A stretch of 64,000 bases of DNA from Thermomicrobiales bacterium (GTDB lineage: Bacteria > Chloroflexota > Chloroflexia > Thermomicrobiales > UBA6265), in the NCBI GenBank assembly GCA_035708745.1, contig DASTFJ010000158.1, forward strand, positions 53,641 through 117,640, written 5' to 3'. The notes below the pieces were generated by a model. It searched no databases. It worked only from the letters and a program-made list of their open reading frames with translations, and was not told where the DNA came from. Below, piece by piece: positions 1 through 8,842 of the stretch (its first letter is position 1; every line of letters begins with the position of its first letter). The position numbers and the translations under genes are program-made.

Positions 1-1
1 C

Positions 2-223
2 CAACGCCTGGCTGATGGCGGCAATACGATCGTTGTCATCGAGCACAATCTCGATGTCATCAAATCCGCTGATTGGATCATCGATCTTGGGCCGGAAGGC
101 GGTTCCGGCGGAGGCCAGATCATCGCGACCGGAACCCCCGAAGATATCGCCGCCAACCCGGCGTCATACACCGGGCACTACTTGAAGGAGACCCTGGCTC
201 CAGTGTCGTTGGCTGCTGACTGA
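2..223 (+). CDS. uvrA: Excinuclease ABC subunit UvrA, C-terminal fragment (5' end outside window)
   Basis: Frame 2 reads [65 protein letters not shown].. up to TGA 221-223. This is the conserved end of UvrA ABC module 2. It is absent from the ORF track because it is open at the window edge. Confidence 0.9.
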   Translation, partial: QRLADGGNTIVVIEHNLDVIKSADWIIDLGPEGGSGGGQIIATGTPEDIAANPASYTGHYLKETLAPVSLAAD

Positions 224-233
224 GCGCCAAAAA

Positions 234-1595
234 TCAGTGGTGCCCCTGCAATGTGTCGAACAGCAGGGTGAACGTTGAACCCGAACCGAATTCGCTCGTG
301 ACGAGTATGCTCCCGCGTTGAGCTGCCATGAGTTCCGTTGCAATCGACAGACCGAGGCCGGCGCCGCCGCTCGATCGCGATCGGGCGGGATCGGCGCGAT
401 AGAACCGATCAAAGATGCGTCGCTGATCTTCGGCCGAGATGCCGATTCCTGTGTCCGAAACCTCGATGACGGCTTTGCCGGCTCGCATGGATGTCCGGAC
501 GAGCACGCGACCTCCATTTGGGGTGTATGCAATCGCATTGTCCAGCAGAATTGCGAGCACCTGCTCGGTTGCATCCGCATCGCAGCTCACAGTTACAGGG
601 ATGTTGGCATCCAGCTCGAGGGAGATATTCCGGTCTGCTGCCAGTGATTGAAAACGCTCAGCACCTCGACAACAGATTCCCGACAAATCGACTTGCTTTC
701 CGAGAAACTGCGTCGCGTGTTCGTCCATTCGAGCGAGTGTGAGCAGACTACTGACCAAGTTGGCCATGGAGTCGACCTCACGAACGATCGCGGTTTCGCT
801 TTCGTGCCGGTCAGACAGGGCGAGCTCCGGCGTCTGCTGCATGTACTCAGCTTCGGCTCGGATCAATGTGAGCGGAGTACGGAGTTCATGAGCCGCATCG
901 GCTACGAACGACCGTTGTCGCGCGAATGCTTCCCGGATTGGCCGCATCGATCGGTTCGCCAACCACCAACCGGCAGGAACCGCCAGCAACACGCCCAACA
1001 GCAGACCACCGATGGTTGACCAACGAACAAACTCGAGCAGGCGTTCGTTGGGTCCGAGTCCCATGCCTACCTGGATCGCGCCAATGATTCGCCCGTCCGC
1101 ATACACCGGTTCAGTTCGCAACCGAACCCGCTCGTGTTCGACGATCGCTGTTTCCAACACAACTTCGCCCTGTAGTGCGCGTTCGATCGAATCCTCCCTG
1201 GGGAGATGTTCGATCTCGATTGGACGCAACGTCGAAATTATGTTGCCATCGAGATCGACCCCATAGGCAATGGTGTCTCCGCTGCGAAGGAGCTCACGTG
1301 CCTGGTGCTCGTTTTCTTCCTCCCGGTCGTCATCCTCGTCGTCGTCATCGTTCGTTCCTCGTTTTCCATCAGCGAGCGCTGATGGCGTGCCACTGGCGTT
1401 GTTCGCATCGGCCTGGGCAAAAACGTTCGTCCAGAGTTCGACCGCGGATGCCGATCGACTCCGAAGTTCCATATTGGTTTGCGTCTCGATCCTTTGCGCG
1501 AGATAGAAGTAGCTCGCAACACCGACGATCGCGATCACCGCGATGACAACAAGCGCATTGAGTATTGCCAGGCGACGACTGATGGCGCGAAACAA
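234..1595 (-). CDS. Sensor histidine kinase (two TM, HAMP-like linker, HisKA, HATPase_c)
   Basis: Lies in ORF 234..1742. It has the H-box FVADAAHELRTPLT and the ATPase boxes LLDNAIAYTP, DTGIGI and GGAGLGLSI. I prefer TTG 1595 as the start (MFRAISRRLAILN..), with GGGTAGG upstream and an 8-nt gap after the regulator stop. ATG 1742 would overlap the regulator gene by 139 nt. Confidence 0.88.
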   Translation of the reverse strand: MFRAISRRLAILNALVVIAVIAIVGVASYFYLAQRIETQTNMELRSRSASAVELWTNVFAQADANNASGTPSALADGKRGTNDDDDEDDDREEENEHQARELLRSGDTIAYGVDLDGNIISTLRPIEIEHLPREDSIERALQGEVVLETAIVEHERVRLRTEPVYADGRIIGAIQVGMGLGPNERLLEFVRWSTIGGLLLGVLLAVPAGWWLANRSMRPIREAFARQRSFVADAAHELRTPLTLIRAEAEYMQQTPELALSDRHESETAIVREVDSMANLVSSLLTLARMDEHATQFLGKQVDLSGICCRGAERFQSLAADRNISLELDANIPVTVSCDADATEQVLAILLDNAIAYTPNGGRVLVRTSMRAGKAVIEVSDTGIGISAEDQRRIFDRFYRADPARSRSSGGAGLGLSIATELMAAQRGSILVTSEFGSGSTFTLLFDTLQGHH

Positions 1596-1603
1596 GTTTT
1601 CGC

Positions 1604-2278
1604 CTACCCTAACGAATAGCCATAGCCGCGAACAGTCCGAATGAGCGAGGGCGCTCCGGACGGCTCTGGCTCGAGCTTCTTGCGCAGATAATGAATGTAC
1701 AAGTCGACCACATTTCCAGTTGGGTCTGAATCTGGTCCCCACACCCTGCGAAGAAGCTGGTCGCGAGAAAGGACCTGACCTTTATGTCGTACCAGAGTTT
1801 CGAGTAATGCAAACTCACGGGGAGAGAGCTCGACTGGGTGATCGTCTCGCGTAACGACATGCCGCGCCAGATCGATTTCGATTTGTCCAAAACGCTGGAG
1901 ATCACCAACGACCATGCCGCCAGAACGGCGGCTCAGAGCGCGTACTCGTGCAACCAGCTCCTCGAAGGCAAACGGCTTCCCGAGATAGTCGTCAGCGCCC
2001 GCTCGGAGTCCATAGATTCTGTCGGGCACATCACCAAGCGCAGTCAATATGAGCACAGGGGTGTCGACCCGGTTTCTGCGCAACTCCCGCAATAGCGACA
2101 TGCCGTCCATCCCGGGTAACAACCGGTCCAGCACGATCACATCGTACGCTCCACTAGCCGCTTCATCGTACCCGCAATCGCCATCATTGCAGACGGTGGT
2201 GTGAAAAAACTCGCGGCGAAGGGTCTTGGAAATCAACTCCGCCAGCCTCGGTTCGTCTTCGACAATCAAGATGTTCAT
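1604..2278 (-). CDS. OmpR/PhoB-family response regulator
   Basis: Receiver domain (MNILIVEDEP.., VIVLDRLLPGMDG, LGKPF) followed by a winged-helix output domain (LSPREFALLETL.., RTVRGYGY). The start overlaps the upstream stop (ATGA at 2275-2278). Confidence 0.93.
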   Translation of the reverse strand: MNILIVEDEPRLAELISKTLRREFFHTTVCNDGDCGYDEAASGAYDVIVLDRLLPGMDGMSLLRELRRNRVDTPVLILTALGDVPDRIYGLRAGADDYLGKPFAFEELVARVRALSRRSGGMVVGDLQRFGQIEIDLARHVVTRDDHPVELSPREFALLETLVRHKGQVLSRDQLLRRVWGPDSDPTGNVVDLYIHYLRKKLEPEPSGAPSLIRTVRGYGYSLG

Positions 2279-3012
2279 CGGGGACGCTCGCGTGCCATGG
2301 CTTGCTGCCTCGCTTGCGCACCCATTCGATCGAACGGCTCATCCGGAAAAACTACGCGAGGCTGCCGGACTCCTGGCGTCCAGACGAGCACCCGCAACAC
2401 GCAGAGCAATGCGACTCCAGAGGCTGTGAGCAGGTATATCGCCTGCATTAGCGCCGCGCCGCTGCTGGCGCCAGAACCCACCCCGTGGAGCAGCGAAAGC
2501 GCGTACATCGGAAAGGCCAGCACATGCAGAAATCGCCAGACACGATACGGAATGTATTTTCGCAACGAAGCACTGGCAACAACAACGATGAACAAGTACA
2601 TCGCCAGGATTCCGAAACCGGTCCATGGTTCAGCCGTTGGAGCCTTGAACGGCGCAAACAGCTGCTCCAAGGAAAAGGGAAGGTGCTGATCGACAACGAG
2701 ACTCAACACGTGTCCCGCCAGGAATGCGTACGCAAGCTGACTCAAATACGTGTGCAAACTGAGCAACGTCGATTTGCTGGCAATCCGATCGAAGATGCGT
2801 GTCGTCTGGAGGAGTCCAACTACAATGATTCCCCAAAACAGGAAATAGAGCGTGATGCCGGTGGCTCGGGCAAGATACCAGCTCAGTGGGCTCAGCGATT
2901 GATTACTGACCGCCGAATACGCAACCATCGCGGCGAAACCGATGGGCACCGCCAAAAACAGCCCGCTTGTGAGACCACCAGCGGCGTTTGGCAACCGTAC
3001 TGGCTCCGTCAT
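2275..3012 (-). CDS. Ferric-reductase/YedZ(MsrQ)-like di-haem integral membrane protein
   Basis: Multi-TM protein with two His pairs 13-14 residues apart (LHTYLSQLAYAFLAGH and FLHVLAFPMYALSLLH), as in FRD/MsrQ-like haem-b domains. The track start at 3183 would overlap apbE by 158 nt. ATG 3012 (MTEPVRLPN..) or 3060 is more plausible. Confidence 0.7.
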   Translation of the reverse strand: MTEPVRLPNAAGGLTSGLFLAVPIGFAAMVAYSAVSNQSLSPLSWYLARATGITLYFLFWGIIVVGLLQTTRIFDRIASKSTLLSLHTYLSQLAYAFLAGHVLSLVVDQHLPFSLEQLFAPFKAPTAEPWTGFGILAMYLFIVVVASASLRKYIPYRVWRFLHVLAFPMYALSLLHGVGSGASSGAALMQAIYLLTASGVALLCVLRVLVWTPGVRQPRVVFPDEPFDRMGAQARQQAMARERPR

Positions 3013-3025
3013 TGGCTGATAGTTC

Positions 3026-3970
3026 TTACGCGACAGTCGCGTGGGGATTGACCGTTTCATAGCTTCCATTCTCATGTGCGACCAGTACGAAGCAAGCGGT
3101 CGTATCCGGCATGCGCTCGCCTCGCGCCAGCGCGACGAGGATCGACTTGGCTTCGATTTCAGCCGCCGCGACGGTGGCAGCAACTGTGGTCACACTCGGG
3201 GTCGACCAGGCAACTGCTCGACCATCGCGAGGGTCGAGCAAATGGTTCTGGCGACTACCGTCCGCAAACCAGGTACGCGAACGGGTACTCGAGGTTGCGA
3301 TTGCAACCGACTCGCCCGCTGGGAGCAGCAGGTTGGCAATATCCAGGCTCAGCTGACCAGGATGCTGTACGCCAACTCGCCAGGTATCCTCGGCGCCCGG
3401 TGTCCCCCAGGCTCGGAGATCTCCGCCGGCATCGACGATCGCGCCCGGCATCTCTCCCACCAGGTCATCGACCGAATCGACGAATGCCCCTTTGGCAACT
3501 CCACCCAGATCGACCCGCAAACCGGTTGGCAAACGTACGGCGCCGCGGTCCTGATCGATCTCGATCTCCCATAGTTCGCGATCCGAGAAAGGAGGACGTG
3601 CATCCGCTTCGAAGCGCGCGCCGCCGCGACTGTGCAGCTCCTCGAACGACCTGTCATAGCCGAGCCGCTCGAGCGCATCGAGCAGCGTTGGGTCGAATCG
3701 GCCCTCAGTAGTGCTGTGTCCTTCGATCGCCACTCTCAGGACCGAAACAAACGGCGATGATGTGGAGACCCACGCCCCACGGTGGTGATTGACGCGGCAA
3801 AGCTCGCTGTCTGGCCGAAACCGGCTGAAGATGCGCTCCCACCGATCCGCGCGCTCTCGTAGCTCGGTTACGACGACATCTGCCAGCGAAGAATCAACTC
3901 CCCACAAGACGAGCTCGATTGTCGTTCCCATAGCCGGGAACCTCCTCCGCTCAGGCTGCCCGTCCATCAC
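3026..3970 (-). CDS. apbE: ApbE-family FAD:protein FMN transferase
   Basis: N-terminal FPAMGTTIEL and the internal DLGGVAKGAFVD are ApbE/Ftp-like motifs. The GTG/ATG start overlaps the upstream stop (GTGATGA at 3964-3970). No hydrophobic signal sequence is visible. Confidence 0.8.
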   Translation of the reverse strand: MMDGQPERRRFPAMGTTIELVLWGVDSSLADVVVTELRERADRWERIFSRFRPDSELCRVNHHRGAWVSTSSPFVSVLRVAIEGHSTTEGRFDPTLLDALERLGYDRSFEELHSRGGARFEADARPPFSDRELWEIEIDQDRGAVRLPTGLRVDLGGVAKGAFVDSVDDLVGEMPGAIVDAGGDLRAWGTPGAEDTWRVGVQHPGQLSLDIANLLLPAGESVAIATSSTRSRTWFADGSRQNHLLDPRDGRAVAWSTPSVTTVAATVAAAEIEAKSILVALARGERMPDTTACFVLVAHENGSYETVNPHATVA

Positions 3971-4224
3971 GAACCCCGCGTTCTCGTATGCGTCGGTTGC
4001 TCCTGGTTTCGTTGCGAGGAACCGACAGTGACGCGAGGATCTTGCGACTGGCGGCTCGAAGCGGCGATCACTTCGCCACTAGATTCGATTCGCGCAGACG
4101 GGGCGGGAGCGGTCGCAGAGACGACCCCCAGGATACCGGCGAACCCCAGAGCCGTTATTGCGAACATCAGTCTGCGCAAACGAGTCTCCTTCCGAAGTCG
4201 GTGGCCTTGAGTTCGGAACCCCAT
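3967..4224 (-). CDS. Small single-TM hypothetical protein (85 aa)
   Basis: Only the 3' part of ORF 3967..4482 is credible. The 5' T/M-rich part is the out-of-frame reading of the Asp-rich gene. ATG 4224 gives a basic N-terminus, one TM (LMFAITALGFAGILGVVSA) and a short S/Q/R-rich tail. ATG 4167 is an alternative start. No family recognised. Confidence 0.4.
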   Translation of the reverse strand: MGFRTQGHRLRKETRLRRLMFAITALGFAGILGVVSATAPAPSARIESSGEVIAASSRQSQDPRVTVGSSQRNQEQPTHTRTRGS

Positions 4225-4288
4225 CGCTCCGAGAGGGTCGGTCAGACTGCGAGCCCGCACCGCTTTCCGGACGATCGCTTCCCGATCA

Positions 4289-4651
4289 CTAGTCGTCATC
4301 TTCGTCGCCATGGTCGTCATCGTGCTCATCGTAGTAGCCGCCGTGATCGTCGTCATCATCGTCGTCGCCGCTTTCGAAGTCATCGTCGGAATAGGCAGAG
4401 TCATCGTCCCAACTCGTTGTCGGTAACGGTCCACTAGAGTCGATTCCGGCGTTCGGCGTTTCTGCGACTTGGCCTTCGCCATTCGTGTCAGCCGGGTTAG
4501 CGTTCTGCATCAGTTGATTCCCCACCAGCTGAGTCGTGCCGGCGCTACCACTCGAAAACCCGGGCAACGAGTCGCGCATGGTCACCGCGATTGCGACGAA
4601 TGCAATCGACAAAATGATTGCTAATGCTGTTCCGTTTCGTATTGACAACAT
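4289..4651 (-). CDS. Signal-anchored mini-protein with Asp/His-rich C-terminal tail
   Basis: Lies in ORF 4289..4678. ATG 4651 has GGAGAA 6 nt upstream (MLSIRNGTALAIILSIAFVAIAV..). The last 41 residues (SWDDDSAYSDDDFESGDDDDDDDHGGYYDEHDDDHGDEDDD) contain 21 Asp, 3 Glu and 3 His. No family recognised. Confidence 0.6.
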   Translation of the reverse strand: MLSIRNGTALAIILSIAFVAIAVTMRDSLPGFSSGSAGTTQLVGNQLMQNANPADTNGEGQVAETPNAGIDSSGPLPTTSWDDDSAYSDDDFESGDDDDDDDHGGYYDEHDDDHGDEDDD

Positions 4652-4712
4652 GTCGTTTCTCCGAATTCGCTGCTTCATCGAGCAACCGATGCATCAACCA
4701 TAGAAAGTGAGA

Positions 4713-4730
4713 ATTAGAGGTCGATTAGAG
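4713..4730. promoter_or_regulatory. Direct repeat ATTAGAG-N4-ATTAGAG (11-bp phasing), candidate OmpR-type regulator binding site
   Basis: ATTAGAG occurs at 4713-4719 and again at 4724-4730. The site is in the AT-richer divergent region between the acidic-protein operon (start 4651, minus) and the VIT1 gene (start 4913, plus). Confidence 0.35.
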
Positions 4731-4912
4731 CGTTATCCGAAATTGGAGGTTGCATTCCAAAGTCACCGGCAAGCCAACAAGTGAGGTATGGGGTGCCCCC
4801 TGATTCGAGCGGGATCGCCGCTCGGATCGAGGACCTGTCTATCGGTCCTCTTTCAGGTATGCTGCACTCTCGATTTCCGAGAACACGACAGTTCCCGCGG
4901 AGACTTCGCGCG

Positions 4913-5668
4913 ATGACTGAGGAAGTAGACAAGGTTGACCCGACCGGGTCCGTTGCAGCGATGTCTCCACACAAGGACGATGAGCGTGCCGGTTCGCTCG
5001 GCGACCGGCTCAACCAGCTTCGAGCCGGAGTGCTCGGAGCGAACGACGGTATCGTGTCGGTCGCTGGCGTCGTCGTCGGAGTGGCCGGCGCATCGGCCGA
5101 GCGGACCCAGATTCTGACGGCCGGGGTGGCGGCGCTGGTCGCGGGCGCGCTCTCGATGGCAGGCGGCGAATACGTTTCGGTGAGCACCCAGCGCGACACC
5201 GAGATTGCCGCGATCGCCAAGGAATCCGAAGAGCTGCGCACCATGCCAGAGGCGGAGCTCGATGAGCTGGCAGCCTACTACCAGAAACGCGGTATCTCCT
5301 CCGAGACGGCGCACGCGTTCGCGCGGGAGCTCACCGCGGTCGATGCGCTGCGCGCCCACACAGAAATGGAGTTCAACATCACTCCAGGGGAGTTGACCAG
5401 CCCATGGCACGCGGCGTACGCGTCCTTGGTTGCCTTCGCCATCGGTGCGGTGATTCCCCTTCTTGCAATCGCGCTTCCACCGGATTCACTTCGGATCTGG
5501 GTCTGTGTCGCATCGGTGATCGTGGCGTTATTCCTAACCGGATATATCAGCGCACGTCTTGGAGATGCGCCGAAATGGCCGGCAATCGTGCGCAATGTCG
5601 TGGTCGGTATGTTGACGATGGGCATCGCCTGGGCAGTCGGCAGACTCTTTGGGGTCGCCACCGGTTGA
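4913..5668 (+). CDS. VIT1/CCC1-family iron/manganese transporter
   Basis: LRAGVLGANDGIVSVAGVVVGVAGA plus a C-terminal multi-TM half are typical of the VIT family. ATG 4913 (MTEEVDKVD..) is preferred over the track start at 4781. Confidence 0.82.
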   Translation: MTEEVDKVDPTGSVAAMSPHKDDERAGSLGDRLNQLRAGVLGANDGIVSVAGVVVGVAGASAERTQILTAGVAALVAGALSMAGGEYVSVSTQRDTEIAAIAKESEELRTMPEAELDELAAYYQKRGISSETAHAFARELTAVDALRAHTEMEFNITPGELTSPWHAAYASLVAFAIGAVIPLLAIALPPDSLRIWVCVASVIVALFLTGYISARLGDAPKWPAIVRNVVVGMLTMGIAWAVGRLFGVATG

Positions 5669-5819
5669 CGAGGCGACATTCTGTCACGCCTTGTCGCCAG
5701 GTATTCCTCGGTCGTACCATCAGTGCCGTCGGAACGTGAATCCTCCTGGGATGGGTATTCCGAGACTGCCTGGTGCGAGGGCGACCACTATCTTCGCGTC
5801 ATCGAGAGCAGTTGCACGT

Positions 5820-6374
5820 GTGAACAAAACAGTTCTGGTCCTCAATCAAAACTATGAGCCCCTCAATATTTGCAACGCGCGGCGCGCCGTGGTCCTGGTG
5901 TTCGGCGGCAAGGCCGAGATCCTCGAAACGCACGATTCGCTGATCTCGACGTCGCACGAGGCGTTTCCGTATCCATCCGTCATCCGACTGATCTACCTGA
6001 TTCGCGCGCCACGCGCCCGGGTGAAGCTCACCCGGCGTGAGGTCTTTCTGCGCGATTCGTACACGTGCCAGTATTGCGGCCGGAGAACGAACGACCTGAC
6101 ACTCGATCATGTCATTCCTCGTCATCGTGGCGGGCCGCATACCTGGGAAAACCTCGCCTCAGCCTGCCGTGCGTGCAATCATCGCAAAGGTGGCAAGTCG
6201 CTTCAGGAAGCGCGCATGGTCTTGAAACGACAACCGTTCGAACCATCGCCAGGTCGCTACTACGCGATCGAACGCCGGTTGGAACAAAGCATCAGTGAGG
6301 CCTGGTACAAGTTCCTTCCCGGAATCGAAGCGTCGGACCGAGCCGATATTCCGATTCCCTTCAGCGCGGACTGA
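5820..6374 (+). CDS. HNH endonuclease family protein
   Basis: CQYCGRRTNDLTLDHVIPRHRGGPHTWENLASACRACNHRKG is an HNH/zinc motif. The N-terminus VLVLNQNYEPLN is typical of this stand-alone family. GTG 5820 (MNKTVLVLN) is the likely start; ATG 5751 is an alternative. Confidence 0.85.
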   Translation: MNKTVLVLNQNYEPLNICNARRAVVLVFGGKAEILETHDSLISTSHEAFPYPSVIRLIYLIRAPRARVKLTRREVFLRDSYTCQYCGRRTNDLTLDHVIPRHRGGPHTWENLASACRACNHRKGGKSLQEARMVLKRQPFEPSPGRYYAIERRLEQSISEAWYKFLPGIEASDRADIPIPFSAD

Positions 6375-6396
6375 GAACTCCACGGTTTATCATCAT

Positions 6397-6431
6397 CGCC
6401 GCGCTGGAGAAAATCCGGCGCGGCGTTTTCG
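6397..6431 (+). terminator. Rho-independent terminator after the HNH gene
   Basis: CGCCGCGC(TGG)-AGAAAAT-(CCG)GCGCGGCG forms an 8-11 bp GC stem, followed by TTTTCG. Confidence 0.75.
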
Positions 6432-6462
6432 TTCGTCCGCCTGCCCTGGAAAGGCTGCCACC

Positions 6463-7761
6463 TTGCTCGATCTCAAGCTCATTCGAGAACAACCGGACAT
6501 GATCCGGAGCGCGCTGGTCGCGCTCAATGCCACTGCACCGCTCGACGAGATCCTCTCGCTCGACGAATCGCGCCGGCTGGTTGTGACGGATGTCGAGTCG
6601 CTCAAGGCCAAACGTAACGAAGGGTCCAAGGAAGTCGGCCGAACCAGGGACGCCGACCGACGCACCGCGTTGATCGAAGAAATGCGGTTGCTGGGCGACG
6701 ACATCGCTGCCAAGGACGAGCAGGTCCGAATCATGGACGAGGAGCTCTACAATCTCCTCCTCCAGATGCCGAACCTGCCAATGGCCGGGGTGCCGGTCGC
6801 TCCGGATGAGCGCGGCAATGTCGTCACCAAGACCGTCGATGTCGAGCGAACGAAGGACTTCCAGGTGCGCCCGCATTGGGAAATCGGCGAAGAGCTCGGA
6901 ATCATCGACTTCGATCGTGGCGTCAAAATCGCCGGCACGCGCAATTACGTGCTGCGCGGCGATGGCGCCCGTCTCCAGCGCGCGCTGATCGCCTGGATGA
7001 TCGATCTTCACGTCAGGAAGCATGGATACACCGAGGTCTACCCGCCCTACCTGGTTCTGACCGAGATGCTCGTCGGCACTGGGCAGCTGCCGAAATTCGC
7101 CGAAACGCAGTTCCGCGATATCGAGGGCGAGAAGTGGCTGATACCGACTGCCGAAGTCCCGGTCACCAATATGTATCGCGACGAGATCCTCGACGAGTCC
7201 GAGTTGCCGATTTACAACACGGCCTACACCGCCTGCTTCCGTCGCGAGCAGATTTCGGCCGGCCGCGACGTACGTGGCATCAAGCGCGGCTACCAGTTCG
7301 ATAAAGTCGAGATGGTCAAGATCGTTCATCCCGACACATCGATCGAGGAACACGCGAAACTGATTTCCGAGGCGGAGGACGTGCTTATCGGATTGGAGCT
7401 TCCCTATCGATTGCTGCAAATCTGCACGGGAGACCTCTCCTTCACCGCGGCCAACAAGGTGGATCTGGAAGTCTGGTCGCCGGGCGTGGACGAATGGTTG
7501 GAGGTTTCGTCCTGTTCCAATTTCCTCGATTTCCAGGCGCGCCGGGCAAATATCAAGTTCCGTCCGGAAGGCGGCGGCAAGATCCAGTTTGTGCACACGC
7601 TGAACGGCTCCGGCATGGCATTGCCGCGCACCATGATTGCCATTATGGAGAACTACCAGCAGGCCGACGGCACCTTCGAGGTGCCCAAAGTCATCCAGCC
7701 GTACATGGGTGGCCAGACTATCATTGGCAAGCAAGGGCCGATTGGTCCGGCAGTCTCGTAA
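6463..7761 (+). CDS. serS: Seryl-tRNA synthetase
   Basis: Starting at TTG 6463 gives MLDLKLIREQPDMIRSAL.., the canonical SerRS N-terminus, with GGAAAGG upstream. Class II motifs are present (FRRE, GSGMALPRT). Confidence 0.95.
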   Translation: MLDLKLIREQPDMIRSALVALNATAPLDEILSLDESRRLVVTDVESLKAKRNEGSKEVGRTRDADRRTALIEEMRLLGDDIAAKDEQVRIMDEELYNLLLQMPNLPMAGVPVAPDERGNVVTKTVDVERTKDFQVRPHWEIGEELGIIDFDRGVKIAGTRNYVLRGDGARLQRALIAWMIDLHVRKHGYTEVYPPYLVLTEMLVGTGQLPKFAETQFRDIEGEKWLIPTAEVPVTNMYRDEILDESELPIYNTAYTACFRREQISAGRDVRGIKRGYQFDKVEMVKIVHPDTSIEEHAKLISEAEDVLIGLELPYRLLQICTGDLSFTAANKVDLEVWSPGVDEWLEVSSCSNFLDFQARRANIKFRPEGGGKIQFVHTLNGSGMALPRTMIAIMENYQQADGTFEVPKVIQPYMGGQTIIGKQGPIGPAVS

Positions 7762-7820
7762 CAGCTCGAAAATTGGACGCCGCCAGCAGCACCGTGTGCG
7801 GTGTTTGTAGCGCCTACGCG

Positions 7821-8819
<999 letters not shown>

Positions 8820-8842
8820 GACTGCCTCCCGGTTCGACTGGC

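Noticed and set aside
4225-4482. 5' part of ORF 3967..4482 (TMTLPIPTMTSKAATTMMTTITAATTMSTMTTMATKMTT)
   Set aside because: The Thr/Met-rich repeat is simply the +1 reading of the GAC/GAT-rich Asp tract of the 4289..4651 gene. Only the part downstream of ATG 4224 is kept, at low confidence.
4679-4912. Possible yybP-ykoY (Mn) or other riboswitch in the 235-nt leader of the VIT1 gene
   Set aside because: Small hairpins exist (GAGCGG..CCGCTC and GAGGACC..GGTCCTC). I could not find the conserved GGGGAGUAG or GGAGAGACC-type cores of the Mn riboswitch. A covariance-model search would be needed.
6295-6462. T-box or long leader for serS, and the 56-codon N-terminal extension in the ORF track
   Set aside because: There is no AGGGUGGUACCGCG-like T-box motif upstream. 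The extension overlaps the HNH gene and its terminator. The canonical SerRS N-terminus begins at TTG 6463.
6361-7734. 457-aa ORF on the minus strand
   Set aside because: It is entirely antisense to serS, whose product has clear class II aaRS motifs. Its translation is low-complexity and Arg/Leu/Gly-rich, as expected for shadow ORFs in high-GC DNA.
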